Source of the DNA: a virus
Taxonomy: Duplodnaviria > Caudoviricetes
Virus record (IMG/VR): IMGVR_UViG_3300038393_001238
Span: 1 to 29,835 of that record
Direction: 5' to 3' (one strand)
Length of the DNA stretch: 29,835 nt
In this document: positions 6,154 through 15,666 of the stretch, in pieces
How positions within the stretch are numbered: the stretch's first letter is position 1
How the letters are laid out: each line of letters begins with the position of its first letter
Position numbers and translations under genes: made by a program
The notes under the pieces: generated by a model
What the model was told of the DNA's origin: nothing
Seen by the model: only the letters and a program-made list of their open reading frames with translations
The model's database searches: none

Positions 6154-8243
6154 TAGGTGAGCCCCTTGATGCCGCGATAGGTGCCGAACACGAGCTGCGT
6201 CTGATTGAAGCCGCCGTTCAGGAAGTCGCCCATGCCGCCCTGGATGTCGTAGACGGGCGTCACGCCGTTGATGGCGGCCATGGGCGTGCGGGCCACCGGC
6301 GTGCCGTTGGTGTTCCAGATCGTGCGCGGGTTGAAGGTCGAGTTGACGCCGATGTCGCCATGGCCGCAGGCCAGCATCCCGAGCTTGCCGCGGAACTGGT
6401 TGCGGTTGGTGTCGCGGGCGTTGTTGAACTGCCAGGCGTAGGTCCAGAGGTTGGCGTCGCGCAGGGACAGGAAGCGCGGCGTCATCTTGCTGAACGCCAT
6501 GGTGGTCGAACCGGTCGTGCCGTTCAGCGTGCCGGAGTTGTCCCCCGCCCCGTTCTTATTGAAGATGTACTTGATGGTCGGAGTGGCCGGCGAAGCATCG
6601 ACCTGGAACGCGAACCAGGTGGCCTGCCCGGCCGCGAAGGCGACGACGTTCGGGCCGTTGAAGACGAACGAGCCGGCCGAGTTGACGCCGGTGAAGCGCA
6701 GGCTGGCATTGCCGGAGTTGATGTAGACCTGAAGCTTGGAATTGTCGCTGTGCGCCGCCTCCAGGTCGAGCAGGTACATGTTCTCGGTCATGTCCTGCGG
6801 CTGCAGCCAGCCGATGCCCCAGAACGTCGCCCCGTCCGAGAAGCCATTGTTCTCGCGGCCGACCAGGGAGAAGTCGGTGCGCGAGGTGAGCGGGCTCTCG
6901 CCGGAGTACGGCAGCGCCCAGAGCCGGGGAACGGTCTGCGTCGAGGGCTGGCCGATGCGGAAGTCCACCGGGCCGTGCTGCACGTGGCCGGAGGCGTCCG
7001 TGAGCTGGATGTCCAGCAGCATCTCGCCCTCGGTGAGAGAGCCGGTGCTGGACCGCGTGACGGTGATCGAGCCGGCGCCGTTGGTCGAGCCGTTGTCGGT
7101 GAGGGTCAGCTGCGTCACGGCGGCGTGGGTGGAGGCGTCCCACAGTGACAGGGTGGCCGGCGCACTGCCCACGTAGTAGATGGTCCCGACCGTCGTTCCG
7201 GCCGCGTCGTCCTGCTTGCAATAGAGTTCAGCCGGACACGGGACGGGCGCGCCCTGACCCTGGAAGGCCACGAGGATGTCGATCGCCACCTGCGCCCACA
7301 CCGCATAGCCCCAGCGCGACAAGTGCTTGGCGTCGAACAGGGAGGACGATGTGCCGCTCCAGGCGCCGGAGGCGTTCTTCCGCCAGATGCCGCCGCCGTT
7401 GAAGGGCGCGGCCACGTTCTGGATGATGTCGCCCTCGGCATAGCCGGCTGCGGGCGCCGCCGCCTCGATGCCGGCGCCCGTGTTCGTCGCCGTGTTGGTC
7501 CAGTTCCACGTGCTGGGCGGGTTGCTGCGGAAAAGGTCGGTGCTCTGCCCCTCGTACTCGATGGGCTTGCCCCAGAACTGGTTGAGGTTCGTAACCCCGA
7601 CCCCGCTCTGGCCCTGCTGCGCGCCGACGAACTGGATGTAGCGGCGGATGTCGAAGATATGGGCGCCGTAGGTCGCCTGCAGGCTCCGGTGCATGTAGCG
7701 CCAAGACGCCCACTGCTTCATGCCGGGGCCGGCATCGTCTTCGCCGTGAGCGTCGAAGTAGGTCCACCACTGCGAGGTTCCGCCGGTGAACGAGGGCAGG
7801 ATCGTCCCGGAGATCACTGTGGGGATGTTGACGTCCCACAGCCGCAGGTTCGGCTCGGTCTGAACGCCGGTGTTGTAGTCGTTGAGGCCGCCGGTGAAGA
7901 ACTGGTGGTTGTTCGCAAGGGGCGTCGCGCCCTGCCCCGTGATCTGTGTGGCGATCGGGCTGGTGTTGAGGCCCGTCCCGCCCGTCTGCACGGACATCCC
8001 CGACACTTCCTTGCGCAGGAAAGTCACGGTCGCGAGGCCGACCGCCTGGCCGGGCCAGGAATAGTCCGTGGGCGAGTTCTGCGTTCCGACGCCAACCACG
8101 GTGGAGTCGCCGGCCGTGGTGACGTTCTTGGCGATCGTCGGGCTCGAAGGGCGGGAGGTGGCCTGGAACGTCACCGGCGCCGCGCCAGACGCCGCGGGAC
8201 CGCCGAACGGCATCCCCAGCCCGATCCCAAGGCTCATTGCCAT
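6153..8243 (-). CDS. Virion fibre: N-terminal LGIGLG anchor, SGNH hydrolase, cadherin-like and LamG-like domains
   Basis: MSLGIGLGM start, SGNH blocks AGDS / GGLND / DAKHLSRWGY, GTTVGTI..LTDASG Ig-like segment, aromatic beta-sandwich C-terminus. Confidence 0.8.
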   Translation of the reverse strand: MAMSLGIGLGMPFGGPAASGAAPVTFQATSRPSSPTIAKNVTTAGDSTVVGVGTQNSPTDYSWPGQAVGLATVTFLRKEVSGMSVQTGGTGLNTSPIATQITGQGATPLANNHQFFTGGLNDYNTGVQTEPNLRLWDVNIPTVISGTILPSFTGGTSQWWTYFDAHGEDDAGPGMKQWASWRYMHRSLQATYGAHIFDIRRYIQFVGAQQGQSGVGVTNLNQFWGKPIEYEGQSTDLFRSNPPSTWNWTNTATNTGAGIEAAAPAAGYAEGDIIQNVAAPFNGGGIWRKNASGAWSGTSSSLFDAKHLSRWGYAVWAQVAIDILVAFQGQGAPVPCPAELYCKQDDAAGTTVGTIYYVGSAPATLSLWDASTHAAVTQLTLTDNGSTNGAGSITVTRSSTGSLTEGEMLLDIQLTDASGHVQHGPVDFRIGQPSTQTVPRLWALPYSGESPLTSRTDFSLVGRENNGFSDGATFWGIGWLQPQDMTENMYLLDLEAAHSDNSKLQVYINSGNASLRFTGVNSAGSFVFNGPNVVAFAAGQATWFAFQVDASPATPTIKYIFNKNGAGDNSGTLNGTTGSTTMAFSKMTPRFLSLRDANLWTYAWQFNNARDTNRNQFRGKLGMLACGHGDIGVNSTFNPRTIWNTNGTPVARTPMAAINGVTPVYDIQGGMGDFLNGGFNQTQLVFGTYRGIKGLT

Positions 8244-8281
8244 GCGGTGTACTCTCGATTGGATTGTGGTAGAGGTGGCGG

Positions 8282-8467
8282 GTGACGAAGCGCCCGCTGC
8301 GGACGACCTATCGCGTCGTTGGTCAAATCAAGCCGGAGCCCCAGCGGTGGGACCCGTTCTGGGGCCTGACACCGCTGGGTCGATTCATCGCCAGCGCAAT
8401 CACGGCGATTATTGGCTTCGGAATCTACGAAGCGGTGATTTGGGTGATGAACAAGCTCGTCAGTTAG
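8282..8467 (+). CDS. Antisense 61-aa membrane protein (moron)
   Basis: TM FIASAITAIIGFGIYEAVIWVM. Fills the gap between two late genes. TGG-TAGAGG lies 6 nt before the GTG. Confidence 0.7.
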   Translation: MTKRPLRTTYRVVGQIKPEPQRWDPFWGLTPLGRFIASAITAIIGFGIYEAVIWVMNKLVS

Positions 8468-10574
8468 CGCGACGCCGGCTCGGGGAGCTTCCGCCGATCA
8501 TCCCAGAAGCTGCGCCATATGGCAGTTTCGGCGCGCGTAGTGGCGCAGTCTCGATCGGCCGGATTGAGCGCAACTCTTGGATGGTCTGCTCGGGCGGTTG
8601 CATGAGAAGGCGACCGAGTTCATCGCGCACCTGCGGCGTCGTTCCCAAGGTGCGCCCCGTCTGGGCCAAATCGGCCACGGTGCGAACCGGATGCTTCATC
8701 GCCTGTGCGATCAAGCCGAGGGCGGATGGGCCGCCTTCCTGTTCCGCCGCGGCGTTGATGTACTCCATCGAGGGCGAACCGGCCCCAGGGATCATGCGCC
8801 CTCCCGTGGAGGCCAATTGCGCCTCCACTTGCAGGCGGCCCAGGAGCTGCGCGGCTGCGTCCGGTCCCAGCGCCGCAGCCAGCTTCCCCTGAACGTGCGG
8901 CAGGGTCAGTTGCCGCGGCGTTAGGCGTCCCTTCTGCAATTGGTCGCTGAGACGAGAGGCGATGCCCGCCTTCCACGCCTGCTGTTCAGGCTCACTAAGG
9001 CCTGCAAAAGTCTTGCTAAAGTCGGTGGCCGAGACGTTCGGATTGAGAAACGTCTTCTGGGCGCGCTCAAAGGCGCTTTGGAGCTGTAGATATTCTCCGG
9101 ACTTGTCGAGCGCGGCTCGGTAGCCAGGAACCGCGCCCTGAAAACCATGCGCCGGGTCGCCGGCGAGCGCCTTCGTAAGATCTGCGCCTGCCCGCATGGT
9201 GTCGGTGTTTGTGATCCCGACTTCCCCAGAGGCGACCACCTTGTTGCTGAGCGGGTCCCGCTGCACAAGAGCGTTGACCATCTTGCGCACCTTGTCCCAG
9301 GTTTGGGCGGTCGGATACGCCTCCATCGTCTTCGAGAGATCGGTCCCGAGCACGTAGTTCCCGGTGTCGGGGTCAATCGCGAACCCCATCGCGGTAGGGT
9401 CTTGGCCCGCGTTCAGTACGCTCTTTCCGGCTGCGTCGATGGCCTTTTTGATCACCGGCCGCTGCGCCAGCTTTGCCAAGTCGGGATTCCAGACAGGATC
9501 GGGACTGGAAAGCGCAGCGTCGAACAGCGGCCTCGCTTCGCCCTGCAGCCGGGTAGTCAAAGCCTCGATGTTGCCTGCCGCCTCCTCGGGGTGGATTCCC
9601 GCAACTTGTGCGAAGTCGCCCAGGATGCGTTGCGGCGCGTTGGCTGCGCGGGCGGCCAGAGTCGCCTCCAGCGCATCCGGTGTTGCCCCGCTGCGCCGTC
9701 CCAGCGCCCCGAGGCTCATCACGCCAGGGCGGCCCAGGGCCTCTGCCGTCGTAATGCCCTTTCCGAACTCATCCGCCCCCGCGAGGTTTGCAGGCGTCCA
9801 GCCGCGGGCCTTGATCATGTCGGCCATCTGGCCAAGGGCCGCTCCGGTATCAGATGGTCCGGGTGGCATGTCGGTCGGTGGCGGCGACATCGTGTTGCGA
9901 GCGCCCGTGATGGCGTCGCCAATTACGCCGGATACCTTGCGTGTCGCGGCTCCAACGCCCGCCGCCACAGGTGGAAGGAGGCCGCCCGTCACGGCGCCCG
10001 CCGCACCTCCATAGGCCGCGCCGGGCAGGCGGCGGCCAGGCCCTCCGCCCCCAGCGCCGTATGCCGCGCCGATCGCCCCCCCTGTCGTCGCGCCTCGCAG
10101 CATCGCCGCGGGGAGGCCCGGGGCCGCCGCGACGTAACCGCTGGCCGCCTTGTTGACCGGATTGGTCAGAGCCCCCATGAGCGACAGGGCAGTGTTGGCG
10201 ACAGGATGCGCCCCGCCATAGGACGCGCCTTCTTGGCGCGCCGCGTTTGTCACTGCCTGAAACGCATCCGAGGCGCCGAACGGCTTGGGCTCGCCCTTCA
10301 GGGTGTGCTCCAAGTTGTTCATGGCCGTGTCGACATAGCCCATTCCGCCCATCAGTTCGGGCGCGAAATTGAACGTCTTCCCGTTCAGAACCGACAGGAG
10401 TGGTCCGGCGCCCTCCATCTTCTCGCCGGCATATTTGGCGGCCTGTTGCTGCGGGACCGTCAGCGGCTTCGGCGCGCCATAGCTCTTCGCCATGACTGAT
10501 TTGATGGTGGCGTCGGGCGTTCCATCGGGAAACTGCGCGATTGATCCGTCCGGCGCTTGGATCTGGATCGTCAT
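8460..10574 (-). CDS. Internal virion/ejection (DNA transfer) protein
   Basis: APDG...FPDG N-terminus, Gly/Ala-rich hydrophobic segments, helical body. Third of three ejection-position genes. Confidence 0.8.
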   Translation of the reverse strand: MTIQIQAPDGSIAQFPDGTPDATIKSVMAKSYGAPKPLTVPQQQAAKYAGEKMEGAGPLLSVLNGKTFNFAPELMGGMGYVDTAMNNLEHTLKGEPKPFGASDAFQAVTNAARQEGASYGGAHPVANTALSLMGALTNPVNKAASGYVAAAPGLPAAMLRGATTGGAIGAAYGAGGGGPGRRLPGAAYGGAAGAVTGGLLPPVAAGVGAATRKVSGVIGDAITGARNTMSPPPTDMPPGPSDTGAALGQMADMIKARGWTPANLAGADEFGKGITTAEALGRPGVMSLGALGRRSGATPDALEATLAARAANAPQRILGDFAQVAGIHPEEAAGNIEALTTRLQGEARPLFDAALSSPDPVWNPDLAKLAQRPVIKKAIDAAGKSVLNAGQDPTAMGFAIDPDTGNYVLGTDLSKTMEAYPTAQTWDKVRKMVNALVQRDPLSNKVVASGEVGITNTDTMRAGADLTKALAGDPAHGFQGAVPGYRAALDKSGEYLQLQSAFERAQKTFLNPNVSATDFSKTFAGLSEPEQQAWKAGIASRLSDQLQKGRLTPRQLTLPHVQGKLAAALGPDAAAQLLGRLQVEAQLASTGGRMIPGAGSPSMEYINAAAEQEGGPSALGLIAQAMKHPVRTVADLAQTGRTLGTTPQVRDELGRLLMQPPEQTIQELRSIRPIETAPLRAPKLPYGAASGMIGGSSPSRRRAN

Positions 10575-12424
10575 TCAAGATTCCCCGTCTTGGGGTTGTA
10601 GACCCTCACCCGAGGGGCGGGCTTGGCGGCGGCGCGTTGCTGGGCGGACCACGCTTCATCGGCGCCGGTCAGAGACCCATTCTGCGCCAGATAATTGGAC
10701 ATGAAGTTCGCATAGGCGCGTTTCGTCGCCGCTTGCTTTTCGTACCCGCCGACGCTCGCATCATTCTGGTCCGGCAGGCTGCGCCGGTTTGGAACGGTCT
10801 TCAGGTTTTGAAAGATTTCCGCTTGGGTCAGCCGCTGACCGGGCGCGCGCAGCCCCGTCGCCATCTGCATGGACAGGTTGTCCATTGCTTGCGAGCCCGG
10901 CTGGAATGCCGAGCCGATGCCGGACGCGGGGTTGAGGGGCACGTCTCCCAGCAGAGGGATGTGGACCCTCACGGGATTGAACAGCGGCCCGGTGTAGGTC
11001 TTTTTGTTCAGCTCTTGGAACTGGTGAGCCTTGGTCACGACGTCTTCGGCGGACCGCGCGTCTTCCTGATAGGTCGCGACCTTCTTGGCGTCGTCCGGGT
11101 TGATGCCGTGGAAGCCGGGCGCTGCCGCTTGGCGGCCCTGAGGGACGGCGCGGCCATTCTCGACTTGGAAGATCGCGCCAAGCATGGCTTGACGGACCCT
11201 TGGATCTGCCAGGTTGACGGGAGTTCCTGGAGTAACGCCCAGCGCCTTAGCGACGGTTCCAGCATAGGCGGCGTTGCCAGGGTCCCAGCCCCACTTCGGG
11301 TCCGCAATGATCTGTTGGACGGTCTGAAGGCCGTGACGGGACTGTTTTGCGAGCAGGTTTTGCTCTGCGGCGGCGATGCCGGCTTCTGGCGTGGCGAACT
11401 GGGCGTAGTTGCCCCCATCCACCCCAACCTGTCCGCTCCATTGTCCGTTGCCGAGCGGGCGAAGGTTGCCGGGGTTGTTGTTTCGGATGCCGCGGGGCGT
11501 GTCGCCGCTGCCGCCGGCCAAGCCTAGCGCCTGCGCCTGCGTCATGGTCGTTGGGACGCCATTAACGTCCTTGGTCAAGAGATTGTAGGGCGCGCCTCCG
11601 CGAGCGGTGCCGGCCGCGGCGGCTTCCGCGGAAGGGCCAACATACGGTAGCTTGGCCGCTTCCTGAGCGCCCGTTTTGGCTGCCTCCGCCGCGCCGATCG
11701 CGCGAGCCGCGCCGCTTGGCAGTTCCCAGTCCACGATGCGCCCGCGGTTATCATAGACCGCCCGCGCGCCGGGAACCGGCGCAGAGGGGACATTCATCCC
11801 TTCATTGTCCGGATTGTTCAGGTCCACGATGGTGTTGTTGACGTTGGTCGGATTGCGGAAGTGGGCAGGAAGGCCGGCCATGCTCTTCTTGTTGTAGGGC
11901 GTACCATCCGGTCCAAGCGCCACGTCCGGCTGCTGCGCCTTCAGCGCATCGATACCGGGTCCGAGATCCACGCCCATCAGGTTCTTGCCCATGACGGCGA
12001 GATTGGCGAGGTTCGGGTTATCGAGCGTAAGGGCGCTATTAGCCGTCCTCACGGGCGGCTGGTATTGGTAGTTGGATGCCGTGTCCTGGGGTCCCTGAGG
12101 CGCCTGGCTGCCGAAAAGCCCAGGCGCGGCGGCTTTGATGCTCGGCGAAGGCTCCGCGGGACCAGGAGGCAGCGCGACCACGGGCGGCGGCCCGTCTTGA
12201 TATTGTGGCTGGTTCAGAGACTGAAGAAACTGCGCTTGACGCTGCATCTGCTGCTGGGCGGCCAGGAGCGCGCGCGTGTTGAGCACGGACGCGCCTTGGC
12301 CCCCACGAAGGGCCGAGCCCGTGTCGCTCAGCGTTGCCCCGAGCAGCATGAGGCGATCCTGCGGCGACAGGGCGCTCGGGTTGTACTTCCCAGCCAAGCC
12401 CGCAGAGCCGAACAAGCCCGCCAT
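10571..12424 (-). CDS. Ejection protein with internal lysozyme-like (RNNNPGN) domain
   Basis: RGIRNNNPGNLR...FATPEAGIAAA motif, Ala/Gln-rich, C-terminal RVYNPKTGNLE. Confidence 0.8.
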   Translation of the reverse strand: MAGLFGSAGLAGKYNPSALSPQDRLMLLGATLSDTGSALRGGQGASVLNTRALLAAQQQMQRQAQFLQSLNQPQYQDGPPPVVALPPGPAEPSPSIKAAAPGLFGSQAPQGPQDTASNYQYQPPVRTANSALTLDNPNLANLAVMGKNLMGVDLGPGIDALKAQQPDVALGPDGTPYNKKSMAGLPAHFRNPTNVNNTIVDLNNPDNEGMNVPSAPVPGARAVYDNRGRIVDWELPSGAARAIGAAEAAKTGAQEAAKLPYVGPSAEAAAAGTARGGAPYNLLTKDVNGVPTTMTQAQALGLAGGSGDTPRGIRNNNPGNLRPLGNGQWSGQVGVDGGNYAQFATPEAGIAAAEQNLLAKQSRHGLQTVQQIIADPKWGWDPGNAAYAGTVAKALGVTPGTPVNLADPRVRQAMLGAIFQVENGRAVPQGRQAAAPGFHGINPDDAKKVATYQEDARSAEDVVTKAHQFQELNKKTYTGPLFNPVRVHIPLLGDVPLNPASGIGSAFQPGSQAMDNLSMQMATGLRAPGQRLTQAEIFQNLKTVPNRRSLPDQNDASVGGYEKQAATKRAYANFMSNYLAQNGSLTGADEAWSAQQRAAAKPAPRVRVYNPKTGNLE

Positions 12425-12425
12425 G

Positions 12426-13613
12426 TCAGAGTTTCCCGTAATCGAGAGCGAGGTAGCCGCTCGGAAGCGTCACGACGGCTTCCGGCTTCACGCCAAGCAC
12501 TTCCTGCGCCATCAGGCCGACTTCCTGGGCCTTGCTCCACAGGTAGCGGTAGGCGTAGACGGCCAGGCCATCGGCGCGTTCGCCGAGCTTGACGATATCG
12601 CGCTTCAGGCGCCGGTCGGATAGCATCGCAAGGCTCCCCAAGCCGCCGGCTCCGGCGCCGAACCCTAGGCCCATGGCCCCAAGCCCCGACGCGAGTGAGC
12701 CGGCGCCCGACAGGAGGCCGCCGAACGTGCCCATCGGGTCGCTGGTCTTGGTCGTGCTCTGGCCGGTCTGCGTGCCGTTGGCCGTGCCGTCCTCCGTCTG
12801 GCCATGTACGAGGCCGAGCGGCAGACCGCTGAAGAGCGCCGCTTGCGTGCCGAGGAGCGACAGGGGCGCTTGCGCGCGGTTCTGCGCCAGCTGCTGCAGG
12901 ATCGCCCCGATGCCGCCTTGGCTGGCGATGTTGGCGCGCTGCTGATCGCCGTACTGCCCGGCGATGTTGGCCAGTTGCCCCGCCGCATTGAGCGTCCGGT
13001 CCGCCCCCTGTCCCATCAGCTGGGCGTTCATGTCGTTGGTGTTCTGCTGGCGGTTGGCGTCCTGCTGCGCCGCGCCCAGCGCCTGGCTGAAGCCGGCCGA
13101 GCGAAGGCCCGAGGTCAGGGACGCTCGCCCGCGGTCGATGGCGTCGTTCGAGAGCGCCGTCTGGATCGCGCCTCCGGAGCCGCCGAAAGTCGTGTCTCCA
13201 GCCAACGCGAGCTGGTTCTGCGCGCGGGTCTGACCGGCGCCGACGTTGTAGTCCGCGAGCGACGAGTTCACCACGTCGTTCATGTACGGGTCCATGTACG
13301 AGTTGATGTACCGGGATGCCCGCACAGCCGAGGTCTGCGGCGAGTTGGCCTGCGCCACGCCGCGCGTCAGGTCCGCCGCGGCGTCGTAGTTCCAGGGTGA
13401 GCCGGTGAGCCCGGCCGCGTTCTGCCCGGCCTGCTGCAGGTTGGTGTTCGGCCCGGCGACGAAGCTATAGGGGTCGGCGTTGGACAGGTTCATCACCTGC
13501 CCAGCCAAGCCCTGAAGCCCCTGATCGACGTACGCCGGGTTGTTCGGCGTTACCGTCTGATGCTGCGTCGTGTTGAACGTGCTGGAAGAGTTCGTGCTTT
13601 CTTTCTTGGACAT
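12426..13613 (-). CDS. Ejection/pilot protein with C-terminal Peptidase_S74 (intramolecular chaperone) domain
   Basis: Gln/Ala/Gly-rich body, then SDRRLKRDI..YRY..VGLMAQEV...P.AV...GYLALDYGKL. Confidence 0.85.
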   Translation of the reverse strand: MSKKESTNSSSTFNTTQHQTVTPNNPAYVDQGLQGLAGQVMNLSNADPYSFVAGPNTNLQQAGQNAAGLTGSPWNYDAAADLTRGVAQANSPQTSAVRASRYINSYMDPYMNDVVNSSLADYNVGAGQTRAQNQLALAGDTTFGGSGGAIQTALSNDAIDRGRASLTSGLRSAGFSQALGAAQQDANRQQNTNDMNAQLMGQGADRTLNAAGQLANIAGQYGDQQRANIASQGGIGAILQQLAQNRAQAPLSLLGTQAALFSGLPLGLVHGQTEDGTANGTQTGQSTTKTSDPMGTFGGLLSGAGSLASGLGAMGLGFGAGAGGLGSLAMLSDRRLKRDIVKLGERADGLAVYAYRYLWSKAQEVGLMAQEVLGVKPEAVVTLPSGYLALDYGKL

Positions 13614-13957
13614 CAGAGCACCTTCCAGACTTCATCACCGCGGCGTTCGCCGCCTATCGACTTGAACAATCTCGCCCATCCTGACCGGCCGCCGACCGTG
13701 GCGAACTCGGCCCCTTGTTGACGCCCCCAGGCCATGACGCCCGGAGCCAGTGAAAGCAGTTCCGAAAGGTCCCCGCCGCCGAGCCAGACATGCACGCGGG
13801 GCGGCCCGCTGATCAGCCGCGTGACCAAGGCCGCGCGCTCCCCCGGCCACAGCTGGGCGCGATTGGCGGAAAGATCCTCGATCAACTCGGCTTCGGTCGC
13901 GTCGGTGAGCGCTGCCACCAGCCAGGGCCGGCAACGGGCGTAGTCACTTCTTTCCAC
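13613..13957 (-). CDS. Small GNAT-like protein at the P22 gp14 position
   Basis: VHVWLGGGDL..AWGRQQGA..GGRSGWARL. Lies between the tail and ejection genes. Confidence 0.7.
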   Translation of the reverse strand: MERSDYARCRPWLVAALTDATEAELIEDLSANRAQLWPGERAALVTRLISGPPRVHVWLGGGDLSELLSLAPGVMAWGRQQGAEFATVGGRSGWARLFKSIGGERRGDEVWKVL

Positions 13958-15470
13958 GCAGTTTCACGTCGAAGGTGATCCGGCCGATCCGGGCGTATGA
14001 CGGCGCCGAATTGCCGGAGAACTTGATGCGGTAGAGCCGGCCCGTCGCCTTGAAGTCCTGCTTGTCCTGGCTCGGGGACATCGAATATGGCCCGAACACC
14101 GTCTCATCGCCCTGCGGATAGAGCCGGGTGGTGAGGGTCAGGCTCACCGGGCCAAGTTGGTCCGCCAGGTCCGGCCAGGCGCTCTTGGCGAGCACCGTGC
14201 GCTCTTCGTCGAGGAACAGGTCGGCCGTCTCGATGTACCACGAGAGCGCCCCGCCATCGGCGGAGTTGCCCTTCTCGTGCCAGTAGATCGCCCCGCCGTA
14301 GGTGACGCCGCAGGGATAGGTGCTCGGCCCGGCGTCCACCATGGCGGTGCGGGCCATGATGCCACCATACCACTCGCCCGCATCGGGGTTCTCGACGCAG
14401 ACGGCGAGGTAGCGGCTGTTCTCATAGCCGTCGCGCGCATCGGGATACTCCCAGCGCACCTCCGCGAACTCGGCGATCGTCGAGGCGACGATCTTGTCGC
14501 CCTGGCTGGCGGCCAAATTGACTGCGAAGTCTTCCCGCACCGGGCACGGAATGGCCTGGACGATGCCGCCGAGCGTGTAGCTGTGGAACTGCCGGTCGGG
14601 GCTGATCCAGTAGGCCGTGGAATCCAGCACGACGGCGGCGTTGGGGCCGATCAAGCCGCACTTGTCGCCGATCTTGTCGAAGCTCCAGACCTTGCCGATC
14701 TGGCCGTAGTAGGTTCCGAGCCACAGGCCGTGGTTCGTCCAGACGAGCCAGTTACGGCCCACCAGCCGCGCCGCGACGATGCGCCCGCCGCCGGGGAGGA
14801 CATACTCGCGAGCCGTAGAAGCGCTGCTTGACGTCGTTGTCCAGTTGGTCTCGTCCGCGATGCCGCTGTGGCGGATACAGAGCGGGTTGAACGCTCCCCC
14901 GACCTCCTGCGAACAGCCGAAGGCGAAGATTTGGCGCGTCGGGGCCACGCCGCAGAACGTCACCTTGGCCGGCGCATTGGTGAGCGCTGCGGCCGGGGTC
15001 GCGGTGTTGTTCTGCCACCAGAAGATGGTCTGATTGCGCGGGCTGGCGATCAGGGTTTGCCCGTAGGCCCCGCCGCTCCACGTCAGCGGGAAATAGTCGG
15101 TGACCGAGGGCGAGCCGAAGCCGCCGATGCCCCATGCCCCCGTGCCGAAGCCCGTCGACCCAGTCCCGTCGATCTGGCCCGCCGTGAAGCCTGACGACGG
15201 GGTGATGTCGTAGAGCATCCCGCCTTGGTAGAGCTGCAGAGCGCTATGCGTGCCGAAAGCGAGGTTCAGCGTGTCGGTGTTGTCGGTCCAGGGGAACACC
15301 CAGCGACAGACGCCCGTTAGAGCGGTGCTGATGACGCTTTCCCAGCCGCCGATGGTCTGCGCGCGACCGAGGCGGAAGCGGACGTTCGAGCCGCCGCCCC
15401 AGGCCGGCGCCGCGGCATAGGTGGTGTCGTCGGTGTTCAGGCCCGGAGGGACTTCGAGAGGTATTCGCAG
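13944..15470 (-). CDS. Tail nozzle/hub protein (P22 gp10 or tubular-protein-B-like), CTG start
   Basis: The frame extends 57 codons upstream of the track start to CTG-CGA-ATA-CCT-CTC (xRIPLEVPPG..NVRFR..IGGW). GGGAGGT SD 6 nt upstream. Beta-rich. Confidence 0.8.
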   Translation of the reverse strand: MRIPLEVPPGLNTDDTTYAAAPAWGGGSNVRFRLGRAQTIGGWESVISTALTGVCRWVFPWTDNTDTLNLAFGTHSALQLYQGGMLYDITPSSGFTAGQIDGTGSTGFGTGAWGIGGFGSPSVTDYFPLTWSGGAYGQTLIASPRNQTIFWWQNNTATPAAALTNAPAKVTFCGVAPTRQIFAFGCSQEVGGAFNPLCIRHSGIADETNWTTTSSSASTAREYVLPGGGRIVAARLVGRNWLVWTNHGLWLGTYYGQIGKVWSFDKIGDKCGLIGPNAAVVLDSTAYWISPDRQFHSYTLGGIVQAIPCPVREDFAVNLAASQGDKIVASTIAEFAEVRWEYPDARDGYENSRYLAVCVENPDAGEWYGGIMARTAMVDAGPSTYPCGVTYGGAIYWHEKGNSADGGALSWYIETADLFLDEERTVLAKSAWPDLADQLGPVSLTLTTRLYPQGDETVFGPYSMSPSQDKQDFKATGRLYRIKFSGNSAPSYARIGRITFDVKLRGKK

Positions 15471-15498
15471 TGACGTACCTCCCTGCTAGGGTGGGCGG
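15464..15498 (+). promoter_or_regulatory. Sigma70-type promoter for a leaderless antisense mini-gene
   Basis: TTCGCA (15464-15469), 17 nt, TAGGGT (15487-15492) with TG extension, then 6 nt to ATG 15499. Confidence 0.55.
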
Positions 15499-15666
15499 AT
15501 GGATGAGATTGTTGCGAAGGCTGCCGAGGCGATCTGCCGCTCGGACGGCAAAGACCCCGACGTAGAGCGCCAGAATGTGCTCATCGTTGCCGGGGACACC
15601 GAACCTGTGTGGACAGCATGCTTGAGGCGCGCCGAGGCGGCTATAGCAGCTGTCATGCCCCGATGA
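15499..15666 (+). CDS. Antisense 55-aa hypothetical protein (not in ORF track)
   Basis: MDEIVAKAAEAICRSDGKDPDVERQNVLIVAGDTEPVWTACLRRAEAAIAAVMPR fills the intergenic gap and has a promoter-like motif. Confidence 0.7.
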   Translation: MDEIVAKAAEAICRSDGKDPDVERQNVLIVAGDTEPVWTACLRRAEAAIAAVMPR

